Positions 50,029-62,103 of a stretch of DNA of 64,000 nucleotides are shown one piece after another. How positions within the stretch are numbered: the stretch's first letter is position 1; each line of letters starts with the position of its first letter. The position numbers and the translations under genes were made by a program. Location: assembly GCA_018398765.1 (NCBI GenBank), contig JAHBMJ010000013.1, forward strand, positions 62,001 to 126,000, given 5' to 3'. Below the pieces are notes generated by a model, which did no database searches, had not been told where the DNA came from, and saw only the letters and a program-made list of their open reading frames with translations. The stretch comes from Chromera velia (lineage: Eukaryota).

Positions 50029-53000
50029 ATGCGTGTCTCTCTTCTGGCGGAAGCCTTCCTGGCACTGGGGGTCTTCCTCTGCCCCCCTGTTGCTGGGCTC
50101 CTTTCAGATCAGAGACGAGGAGACGGAGACGGGGAGGTGACAGACACATCAGCTCCCAGAGGAAGACATCTTCAGACAGGTCAGTTGAAATGTTTGTTTG
50201 ATGTAACCCTTCACGACTACTTTGGTGGGGCGCATTTGATGCCCCTTCAAAAGGCCCTTTTCGCGTTCACGCGAAGCCGTCTCTGCCTTCCTCATCTTTT
50301 GTGGCTTTCGCGAATCAGAGAGCCTGTCCACGGACTGATCACCCGCTCTCCTTCTCTGCAGTCATTCACCCCCATGACACCATCCAGAGCGCTTTCAACC
50401 TCTCTGGCCGTTTCCCATTCCATGCAGATGTCTGCGAAGTGCCAGTTGACCTCTCCGGAGTGAACAGCAGCAATCTGCACCCGCTCTTGTCACTGAGTTC
50501 TGACAAGCCTTTGACTATGGGAATCGGTGCTCAGGGGGTTCGAATGCAGTGTCGTGAAGGGACTGCGTGTGCCTACTGGTCAACTTTCACGAAGGACTGG
50601 ATCCGAGCCCTCAGTTGGGAATGTGAGACTCAGATGCAGTGTGAGGGTGGACAGGCTAGAATTCTCTCTTCCGCCCGCAATTTGACATGCTCAGGTAATT
50701 CATGCTAACTCAGGCGACGATGCGACTCTCTGTCTCCACTACGGAGTTGTTCACTACGGAGTTGTTCACTGCGGAGTTGTGTTTGTCTCCTCCCTTCTCT
50801 TAGGATGCTTTTATGAATATTTCTTGCCGGTAGCCGGCGTGTCCATTTTTTGTCTCAGTCCAGTGTTGCCATTGACTTGTGGCGACTTTTCCCAGCTTCC
50901 ATTCATCATGTCATAGATGTCCACTTTCTACCTAGCTGACTTACACTTCGTGCCTGCACGCAGAGACCTGCGAAGTCCCCGTTGATCTTTCTGGTGTCAA
51001 CAGCAGCAAGCTCCACCCGCTCCTCTCACTAGGTTCCGAAGAACCCGTGGCAGTCGGTATTGGTGCTCAGTGGGTTTGGATGCAATGCCCACACGAGAAT
51101 GCGTGCGCGGTCTGGTTCCCTGACATCGAGAACTGGTTTCCAAGGAGTAGATACGACTGCGGTACTCAGCTGCAGTGTGAGGGCGGACAAATTTCAGTCC
51201 CCTCTTATGCCGCCAAATTGACTTGCTCAGGTCGGTAAAGCCCAGCGACGAGACGCTGTGACATTTTGTGACTGTTACTGCAAGCATGGTTCCTCATCTG
51301 CATGTGCTTGGTTGTCCTTGTTTTTCTCCTGTCTATTGGGGCACTGGAAGGCTGGTAACCACTGCTTTCATTCTGTGTGTATGTCCGAAGGAGCATTCCG
51401 ACTACTGGATTCTGGGTCCATTGTGATTTGCACTGGGACCACCATTCTCATGTTTTATTCCGTTTCCCCCAAGTTTTCACGCACCTCTCATTCTGACTTA
51501 AGCACTTTGTGTCTCCATGCAGAGACGTGTGAAGTCCCCATTGATCTTTCTGGTGTCAACAGCAGCAATCTCCACCCACTCCTCTCACTAAGATCTAACG
51601 AGCCGTTGGCAGTCGGTATTGGTGTTCAGAGGATTGGAGTGCAGTGCCCAGCAGACTATGCGTGTGCGGTCTGGTCGGAGAGCTGGCGGCGAGTGTCCAC
51701 TTGGGACTGTGCGACTTGGCTGCAGTGTGAGGGCGGGAAGTTGATGTCTCCTTCTTTCACCCGCAATTTGACGTGTGTCCAAGGTAATTCGAAGGAACAC
51801 ATGGTGTTTTCTGTTGCCTCTGTTTGTTGTTTGACTCTGACCTGATGAAAATGGGGGAAACCGTGAGATTGTTCCTATTTGGCATAATATGTTCTGCTTA
51901 CTTCATCTGTTTCAGTTCTTTCTGTGTGCCTTCTTTTCGTGATTTTCTGTCTCTGTGTCTGCAGACACAACTTGTGAAGTCCCTGCCGATCTTTTCGGAT
52001 TGAACAGCAGCAAAGTCGGCCCGCTCTTGAGGACACGTGCAGGCGCAGTATCGGAAGTGAGGTTTCAAGACCATGAGGTAGAATTGGCATGTCCAGAAGG
52101 GCATGAGTGTGCGTACTGGTCCAACTCGGAGGAGTGGAGATATGCTGGTGACTGGATGTGCAGAACGTCCATACAGTGCCTGAACGGAGACCTGCAAGTG
52201 ACGTCCTCCCGGAATTTGACTTGCCTCCCAGGTAGATTAGACGGGGATGACGTATTCTGATGTTGTTGTCTCTTTCCGTAAATCTCTTTTGCCAGCTGCT
52301 CCATGTTCTTGTTTTATTTCCGTCTGGTGTTGCTTCCGCTCGAGATGCTCTTTTTGGTCAACTGCCGCTGCTTTCCGGCCTTGTATTCTCTCTACAAGCT
52401 TTTCCTCAACAGATGCAGTGACTGCAATTGCTCTTCTGTGCTCTTTGAACGTGAATCAGTTTCTTCCACTGAGTTTCCAAAATGTTTTTATTTCTTCGGT
52501 TGACACCGATTTGACCCTTCCCTCAGCAGCGACTTGCGAGGTGCCGGCTGATCTTTCCGGACTGAACATTAGCAACCTGGACCCCCTCCTCACAAGACGG
52601 TCTAACTCGATTTCGGCAGTCGGGATCGTAGCTCGGGACCTCGATCTGCAGTGTCCTCTGGGGTACGGGTGTTCGTATTGGTCAACCGAGGGGGGGGAGT
52701 GGAGGTCTGCAGGTGCAGGGCCTGGTAGGAGGTGCAGAATTCCTGTGCAATGCAACGAGGGACAGGTGGTAGTCGCTTCATACGCCTGGAATCTAACGTG
52801 CACAGGTAGGTCGGTGAGGGTGAAAATGTGTAATTATTCTCATTGGAATCCCCAGAAGACTCTTTTTCATTGTGCAGATGACTAATGACGTTCTCCTCTT
52901 CACCTAGCTCCTCCTGCTCATTTCTCCGACTAAGTTTTTCTTTGAATTCCGCTTTGCATGCATGCATCATCTTTCCGCTTTGTCCGTGCACGTCTGTGCA

Positions 53001-54034
53001 GAGTACCCGGCCATTATGGAAGTGAACAGCCACCTCTCCAATGAGTGGTTCTATGGTTCTGTGAGTGGCACATACGTTCTAAGTTTGGATCGATCGACAG
53101 ATGGGGTTCCTGTTTGGGAGCGGCAGGTGAGATTCTTGCAGTCACTCAATCAAGCTATGCCACAACGGCTCTTCGCCTTCTTTCATCCATTCGTCTGCTT
53201 TATGCATTAATTGGTTCATTCGTTTATTTCTTCGTTCATTCTTTTTTTTTCTCTCCTTCCTTCTTTTTGCCTTTTCAGCTTTCTGTCCTTCTTTTCTGAG
53301 CGTGTGAGAAGGCCGGCCTGCGTGCTTCTTTCCTCATTCTCTATCCCTCTATTCACCCTTTATTCTTTTGTGTTTGCCTTTCTTGATAGATGTTTACCAG
53401 AGGACTTCATGAGAGGTGGAGCAATCGTCCAAATTTTCTGTTTTGCAGGAAAATGGCTGGCAACCCCTACTTTTCTTCCGTTGTAGTGCCTCCGACGTCT
53501 CTCATTGGGGCTTCTCTCGCGGCGTGGAAAACTGTGATAACGGACTGTACACACGTTGGTCGGGTGCGACGAGTCCTCTCGAGGTCAGGAAGGAAGGAAG
53601 GAAGGAAGTCGAAGGACTGCAGGAATAAGAGAAGGGAAAAGGCACGCAACAAGAAAGAACAATACGCCAGCACGATCTTCGGGAGATCACTCAACTTTCC
53701 GGAAGCCATTCTGTGTCACTTTCTTCTTCTGTCCCTGTCCCTCCCCCTTTTTGTCAATTTGAATGCTGAGCTATGGGAAGCGCAAGAGCTGAAAAGAGAC
53801 CCAAACAAGGGATCGTTGTGCTTTGGCCGTACAGATCAGCGAGGACTGGCGTCATTTGGTAGTTATTCGACGAAATGGCTGGAGGAGAACCTACGGGTGG
53901 GCAACGGATTCCACAGGCTCAGGGGTCTCCTTTACTCGCGCAGGTCCGCTTGATGAAGACACAAACAAACAAACACACACACACACACGCACACGCGCAC
54001 AAACACACACACACACACGCACACGCGCGCGCGA

Positions 54035-54066
<32 letters not shown>

Positions 54067-57000
54067 CCACACACAAGCGAATACACCACCCACACATACA
54101 TACATGCAGACATGCCGAAGCATTGATACACGAGACGCACAGTCGGACTTTTCGATTTGGAGAGGAAGCAAAGACTTCACATGCATCCTTGCTCACTTGT
54201 TCTTTCCAAGCCGCCGAGAGATGCTTGCTTCTCTTTCATTTTTTCTCCTCTTGCAGTTCCTCCCCAAAACAACGTGATTCAGGGCGCGCTCAACTTGACT
54301 GACGTCATCTTCTCACAGAGAACTCCAATGGTGACAACTGTCTCGGCTAACTTCAAAGGGACAACTCGGACTTCATGGTCTCCTTGTGGAAGGGGCTGGC
54401 GGCGAGGTCGGGATCTCTGGTACACTGTTCGTGTCCCCTTTGGGGTGGCAGTGTATGTCAAGACGGTCAGCCGTAAAAAAGGGGCAAAATTCTTTCAGTG
54501 GATGGGTGCGGGAGTCGATTTATTTCCAATAGAAGTCTCAGAACTATGCAACAAGTGTCCGAGAGTGCGATGGCCAATCTAAAATAAATTTCCCACCCCA
54601 TTCGATTTCGACCATTCATCACCTACTCTTTTTTCTTCTATCCCATCCTCCTTCCTTCGAAATGTTTGCCTCACGACCTCTCTGCAGGGATGGTATGTTG
54701 CAGTCTCAGTCCTCTCCGGTTCTCTGTGTGCCGAGGAGTCCCCCACGTGCAAGTGTGCGCCAAACTATTGGAGAGGAGCAAATTTTGTTTTTGATGACAG
54801 CGATGAATCGGATCGGAATCCTGACAACAGCATCGACGTCTTCGTGAGAATCCAACAAGGATGGGGGGAAAGAGACGGAGATTTCACCTTCGAAATCGGT
54901 TTGAAAGGTTAGGACGGGGGGCTGAGAAGTATGTCGCTTCTGGGTGACAAACTGACTAACTAGCTGACGCTGCGTGCTTCTTCCGTTCGATTGTTCTGCC
55001 GTCAGTTTGGTGGAGGCATGAAGGAGACACATGGTCGTGTGTGGACTCCTTTCTCTTTATGCTGCTTACTTTGTTGCAGGATGCCCGACGGACGTGTCAA
55101 CACCCGCTTTTCAGTCCTTCTGTCCCGACTGTCACCCATCCCTCACCGTCAGAAACGAGACTCCCGATTTTGTTCCTCCATCGGACGGGTCGTGGAGGGT
55201 GAAGACGCACACCGTCGGATATCAGTGTCCTGAGAGGCACTACTGCGGTCGCAGATACCAGGACGCACTGCATACCCTTCCCAGATTCGCACGCGTTGAG
55301 CCGAGTGCTTGTGAGATCCATTCAGTATGCTCATTTGACGGCAATCTTGCACGACCCGAATACAGTTCCTGGGATGCGTTTGGACGGGGAGGAAACGTCA
55401 CACAGGACGCTCTCGGATGTTTTCCGGAAGTGGAAGGTCGGTATGAGGACAAGTCGGCTGAAACAGACATTAGAAACATCCTTGTCAGTGCAAGCATCCC
55501 TTTTTTCAATTAGACGGCTGACAAAGGATGATTTTCCACTTGAGGATCATTTTTTTCTGCGCCTTTTCTTCTTGTTATCGCCACATACAAGTCACATGGC
55601 CCGCCTTCTTGGCAGGGTTCTATTCCATTCTCATTTCATCCGTCTCTGATCCAAGTGCTTGTCCAAAATTTGCAGCAGTCTCTGGACCGGGAGACGCCAC
55701 GGAGACGGAGACGGCTTCGGAACAGATGCAGAACTCCGGCACGTCCTTCGTTGAGGTCCTCACTTTCGTCGGAGTTCCTGTGCTCCTCTCTGTTCTCTTC
55801 GTTGCACTCTTCTGCTTTCGCATCCCCGTGTCTAAAGCGAAAACGAAGACCACACCAATGCCAGATGATACCCTTCAGTTACCAGCAGACGAAAACAGAG
55901 ACGCGCTCTCACCTCCCCCAGCGGCACCCGCGCTTGTCGCCCCAGAAGCCCAGGTAGAGGCCGCCCCCGACGTGGCGGAAGACGGAGCAGCAGAAGAAGA
56001 AAACCGAGAGTGCAAAGCACAAGAGGGTGCCTTCGAACCCTCCGCCGTCCCTCTTTCCATCGTTGGCAAAGAAGACAACCCCCCCTCTCAATCGCTTCTC
56101 CTTGACAGCAGCCCCCTGATCTCAGAGATTGCACACTTCTTTCTGAAGGAAAGTGGAGAGGTCACTAGGGAAACGGCTGAACAGAATGAATCAGCAGGCG
56201 AAGACAGTCAAGAAGAAGAACCCACAGGACAGCCTCTTCCCGAGATGGCACAGGAGAGAGTGCAGGAGGAGAACAGAACAGAGGAGACAGAAGATGAGAA
56301 CAGAGCGGAGGAGAGACAGGAGGCGGAGAACAGAGGAGAGAAGAAAGACGAAGCACCCGAGTCTGTTGGTCTCCTTGCTGAGAGAGCTTCCCGAAGATCG
56401 TTTTTCTTTCTTCGTTTGAAACTCTCGACCTCTCCAGACTCTCCCACTACTCCCTCTTCTACCGAAATCGTTCGCCCCCCCGCTACTCCCGCCGTGACGC
56501 CTGAAGTGCCGGCTTCAAAGTCTAGACGTTACTCTGTAAAGGCAAAGACAGGAAGAGGGCTGATTCTCCATCTAGATGAAATGCCAATCACAACTTTGAT
56601 GTCCTCTTTCCTCTGCTATGCGATCGGAGCAGCTCTCTTGTTCTTCTTCGGTGTATTTCCCGTCAATATCAACGTAGCAGTTGGTGGGACTCCTCTTCTG
56701 ACGCCCCCTCTCCTCATTTTGAGCGGTATCACGGTCGTTTTGGTCGTCTGTCAGTGTGTCAGTCTCCTCTTCCCCCCGAGAAGTCGTGTGGCTTCCATCG
56801 CTGCATGGCTTGGCCTGTTATTGGCAGCTGGGTGCTTTGCGGTGTCTGCCTTTTTGTGGAAGGGAAACTTTAGCAGGGGACCAGAGGAAGCCTTGATCGG
56901 TTTCCTGGTCTCTGCTGCGGCTTACGCCTTTCTGTGCTATCCCGCCTTTGTCCGTCGGCAACTGCCCCGCGGCTTCTCTCACAGAGAGGCACAGACGCTT

Positions 57001-58922
57001 CTCCGACTGCACAGGAAGAGCTCAAGTTGGAAGGGTGGAAAAGGAGAGGAAGAACACCTAAGAGAGAAATCTCAGTCAGTCGAGAAGAAAGGAGATGTCG
57101 AACTCTCAGAGCGCGGCATCGTCCGTCAGTCAGAAGAGCGCGCCAAGAGCTCGAGGGAGGCGGGAGAAGAGAGCGGGGGTGTGGCGGGAGAGGGAAAGGA
57201 GGTGTGTGCGACATCCGTAGACAAGAGTGGTGGGTCAAAGACAGAAAATACAACACAGACACAGACAAGCTCTGCCGTTATGCTTTCCACGCAGACGTTT
57301 GGCTTTTCCTCCTTGGCGTTTCATCCCTCTGATCACTCTGAGCTTCACGCTCTGTGGAAGCATCCGAAGAAGCAAAGAGGAGATCAAGAGTCTTGTAACA
57401 AGACAGCATCTGGGTGTGGGTGGAGGAGATGGTTCAACAGAAGGTGTGCAAATGCAGTTGGGGGCGCGATTGCCTTAATGGTTCGATGCTTCTGCACTTC
57501 TCTTTCCTGCTGCCGTCTGACCTTTGCCGCCTCTTCCCGTCTCGAGAGCGCCCGTCTGTTTTTGACAACCATGGTTGGCCTGTCCTTCCTCGCTCTGTCC
57601 TCCACAGTCTCTGTGGGTGCTGGGTTGATGTGGTGGTCCGTTCCCTCCACCACCGTCAAGTATCCCTCGGCAGACGTATGGGCATGGGGAACGTGCAACA
57701 CCGTGCTGAACGATGGAGGGGATCCATTCGAGTGTGCAATTCCTGGTATGACCTCTTCGCCTGTGTTTGTCAACGGCAGCACCCTTTTGGGTAAGCTGGG
57801 CCTGACATGGGCCTCCCGGGTGGACTTTGGGGGTTTTGTCCTTTTGGACATGCCGGCAGTCATCAGAGAGCCGCAGGAGGGGTGGACACGGGGCATGGTG
57901 CGGCCAGATGTTGAGGGGACAGACGCCTCAGAACCTCCTGAAGAGGTGAAGCGACATCTCCTTCTTCTTCCCGCAGAGGTTGAGAATCGTGAGCCTTCTC
58001 GAACATGCGATGAGTTGACTGTTGAGTATTTTGACTCTGACACTTTTCTGGAATTGAACAAAGAAATGTTTGACAGAGGATGTGGACGAGGTGACTTGTT
58101 CTCGAGACACGATTTTGTGCCTTCGTCCTGGTGTGTCAATGAGGGAGAAGAGGCTCTGAGCGATTTTGCCTGGAGAGGGAGAGACGCGCCTTCCTTGTTG
58201 GTGTGTCCGATGTCGACCAGAACCCCTGTGTATTGGTGGATCGTCCTCGGGCTCTCTCCGGTGATTCTCTTCAACGTGGTCTTCATGGAGGTCGGTTGGG
58301 AATCTTATTTCTCTGGGGAGCTAGGGGCACTTTCTAGCTGGTTTAGTGCATTTAAATGGTTCAATACATGCGGAAAGGAAGAGCTTGTAGAGAGAGATGT
58401 TCAGTTGGAACAGAGACAAACAAACCAAGAATCAATCACACAGCACAAGGAAGGGCCTGGTAATAAGTCTGCATGTGGTGCTCTGTTTTCCTCATTTCTT
58501 TCTTTCTTTTTCCCGTTTTCTTCAATTTTCTTTCTGCGCCCCTTTTTTTTGGGCTGTTTGTGTTTGTGCAGAGATCTCTGTTGACCCCTCAATGGCCTAA
58601 CGCGTCTCTTCTCTGGTCCTGTGCGGTTCTTCTGTGCGTTTTCTCTGAGGTTGCCATGGCTCTCTTCGGCCTCCGAGGGTATCTGAAGCAGCGAGAAGAC
58701 GCCCTGTCGTTTTCGGTCGGGGGGGGCAGGGACGGTTCGAACGCCCCTGCTCTTGTGGGAATGTCTGTGGGCTCTCAGTGTGTGTTGATTCTCTGGAAGG
58801 TTGTGCGGTTGTGGGCCAGTGGAAGCTTTTTGAAACTCTGGAAGGCATGCAGGTCTGGAAGTTCCAGATGCCAGAGAGGTCAGGAGAGGGCACAGGAGGG
58901 CGTAGTATGCGAAACAGCGTGA
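50029..58922 (+). CDS. Receptor-like multipass membrane protein, ~1870 aa: signal peptide, five tandem 6-Cys modules, further extracellular modules, one TM, acidic linker, ~8-TM core
   Basis: 14 exons: 50029-50179, 50428-50694, 50964-51230, 51523-51783, 51965-52231, 52527-52805, 53002-53126, 53449-53583, 53835-53943, 54257-54465, 54688-54907, 55080-55436, 55676-58290, 58572-58922 (total 5613 nt, frame open). Signal peptide [48 protein letters not shown]. Confidence 0.8.
50428..52805 (+). repeat. Five tandem exon-encoded ~88-aa six-cysteine modules
   Basis: Each exon begins (T/V)CEVP(V/I/A)DL(S/F)G(V/L)N and ends (N/K)LTC. The first module has spacing C-x38-C-x5-C-x17-C-x5-C-x15-C. Confidence 0.9.
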
Positions 58923-60824
58923 TGAAAGGAAGTTGGGCCTCGCGAAGGTTGCATGCTCTCGTGTACGTGTTGGAATGCAAAGGAGGATGAAGAATGCAAT
59001 GAAAGGTATGCAGATGGGGGCATGCATGGAAGAGCGAGGGCACTGGTCGGCATCGGGACGCGAAAGTTCGAATCTAATGGTTATGGGATCCCTGTCTATT
59101 CATTCTTTGTCTCCTAGTCACCGTGTTGTGAGGGGCGCTGGGTGCATGCATGTACATGGTTTGTTGGTGACTGTCCAAAGAGATTTGCATGAGTGCATTC
59201 GTGAGTGGCTCACCTCCAGTGTGTGGAAAAATGAAGTCGATGTGTCAACGTGTTCTCCTTTTTGCTCCACTTTTGGACTGATGAATGGTTTTGTAATTCA
59301 CATATGTAGGCTATATGCCCCAAAGCCTCAGTGACCTTTGTGAGTCGTCTCATTGACTTCTTTATGTCATGATTGTTGCATAGACTGGTCAATAATGTGG
59401 CGTGGTGCATCAGAGTCCCCACTGTCCCATATCACTTCGTGATGGGGATTTCAAGGGGTCTTGTCTTTCAGTGGACATTAGTAGAAGTGATATGTATCCG
59501 ATTTACGTTTGGAGTCTCCTTTTAACCCGTCGTTGAACCCGAACAGTGTGACTTTGATGATAGCTTTCATGAATCTTTGAAAGCATGATTACTTTAAAAC
59601 GTGCGCGAGTTTCAATTGGAATTTAGAAAATTAGATTTCGAAATTCCAATCAATCAATCAATTGAAAATCCAAATTTCTAATTAATTGGATTTTAGATTA
59701 AAATTAAAGTCTATACTATTAAGCTATTTAGTATTTTATTAAAGGTAAAAAAAATCTAGATGTCCTAACCATAACTATAAAATGGTCACCTTTATTTTCG
59801 TTGTCGTCTCAAGTTTTTTTCTATCTCATGATCAGTGCCTGTCGCTGCAGTGGTGCGTGACTGCCAGACCTCTAGTAGCATAGTATTGATATAGTTAAGG
59901 CGCCTCTTATTTGATACATTGAACAATCGACCGTAAGATTAACATGGCAATCAACGTCACAACCAGCATCACAAACAGGGCCGTCAAAAGATCACATCAT
60001 ACAGAAAAAAAATAGAAAAAAACTAAATCACACACAGTCCTACCGCGAAGGACGTTTGCACAGCAGCCATGCATTCCAGCAGACGGCTTGATTCAGTCAT
60101 GCTCAAAGAGTTGGTCGCCCCCAAGCCATCCCCAGCCCCGACGCCTCTTTCTTTCGTCTTTCCCATGTCCACAGCTTCCCCTCGCGGAGAACAAGCCCAG
60201 TCGACAAATTCCACGAACCCTCGTCATCCCGCTGTACTGACAGTGGCTGTCTGTGGGTTGACATGCAGGTCTACAGGGAAGAGGGGGGGACCTGCCTTTG
60301 CGGGTCCGCTGGCGGTGTCCGTCTTCTTCACCGACTGTGGCGGCCAGCAATCGGTAACTCAAATATTGGTTGACCCACCCCCCCCCTTTCGGCTTTACAA
60401 TCATTCGGACCGGAGCTCTTCCCTCTGCATTTTCTCTGAATCATCGAAGGCATGCACATGACCGATCGAGACAGAGAAGAGTTAGGAGTCTCAGGCTGAA
60501 GAGAAGGAAGACCGAGGGAGTTTAGGGACACGAACAGACTCATACGGTCTGCGGGAAACGAATCGCTTTGATCATCGGAATGCAAACGAAGCATTGCACG
60601 GTCCTAGCAGAAAGGGGAGGAAACAAGTTTCCAAGAAGGCGAATTCCTGCATAAGACCGGGAGGGAATTTGACTTGTCCCTTCAACGCTGCTCACGCAGG
60701 GTGAGCGGTGACAAGACATGTTGCTTCTATTGAACGAAGGAGCGTGCAGACAAACGGAAAGAAAGCCCCAGCCCTGTTGGACTCTCAAAAGGCCGAGGAG
60801 TCTTCGTTCGTAGAGTGCCAGACT

Positions 60825-61998
60825 TCAAAAGGTAAGAACGGAGGAGGGAGCAAACTCGGCCTGTCCTGAAGGCTCATCAACTCCCCCCTGAATTGGTGTG
60901 GTACCTCTCCTCTTCTCAATCGGCACACAGACAGATCCGGAAGACGCCTGCAGTGGCTCTTTCGCCTTTTCTGAGTTGTCGGCTTCTTCTGCTTTCTTCT
61001 CCCCCTCTACCTGCACCGACTGCTCTCGCCCTTTCGACACCGACTGACAACTCTTGGCTCCTTTGCCGACATCGACAGACGACTCTTGCGAGTCCCCGAT
61101 GCTTTCCCCTGGGGGGTAGTCAGGGGAAGGTACAGAGAGGCGGACAGCTGCGGGTAAAGAAGTCTTGCTTCTCTGCGGCTTCTTTGACTCTCGGGGGGAG
61201 TCCTGTGGGGGAACTGGTGGTCCTGGTTCGGGTGCAGAGATACGGCGGGAATTCTGTGGGACTGCTGCCGGCGGTCCCGGTTCGGGGGTGCTTCTGGAGT
61301 TGGAGAACAAGTCTGCAGCCACTTCTGCAGCCGTTGTGAAGGAACGGGTGCTGAAATCAGCCACATCGGAACCCCAAGAAGAGAGGACAGTGACAGCCCT
61401 TGTGGAGAGACTTGCGGGGGCAGGGGAAGGGGAAGAGGAGTGCGGCTGCTCCTCTGCGTCTGTGTGAATCCGCCTATTCTGGTGGGAATTCTGGTCGGGT
61501 GCTGCCGGTCTGGGTGCGGAGAACAGGAAGTCTGCAGCCACCGAGAAAGAGCGCGTACTGAAATCGGCGACCCGGGTGCCCATGCAGAAAGAGAGGAAAG
61601 TGACAGCCGTTGCGGTGTTGTTTGCGGGTGCAGGTGGAGAGGACTGCGGCTCCTCTGCGTTTGGTCGTACCCGCATGGAGGTCGCAGCCTCTGCAATCAT
61701 CGGCTCTTTCTGACCCTCACCCTCCTCCTCACCGTCTCCTTCAGACAGACCACCCGCACAAAAAACGCGCTGCCTGAAGACGCCCCCCCCCCCNNNNNCT
61801 TTCTGTTCAGCTTCCTCGTCCAATGCAGAGGCCAGTTCAGACTCACGGAGAGTCCGCTTCTCCTGTGCCTTCCTCTCTGTCCAGGAGGGATTGCGCCTCT
61901 CCGCTTTGAAGTCCTCCGCCAGTTCCCTCAGGATATCGGTGTCGTCGGCTGCGGCGTCGATGTCCTCAACCGTCCATCTCTGAGTCTGACAGACTTCC

Positions 61999-62036
<38 letters not shown>

Positions 62037-62049
62037 CGAGAGCCAGAGT

Positions 62050-62103
<54 letters not shown>

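Noticed and set aside
57384..58286. 300-aa minus-strand ORF (similarly 21672-22457 and 44298-45023 on +)
   Set aside because: These are antisense shadows of well-supported coding exons.
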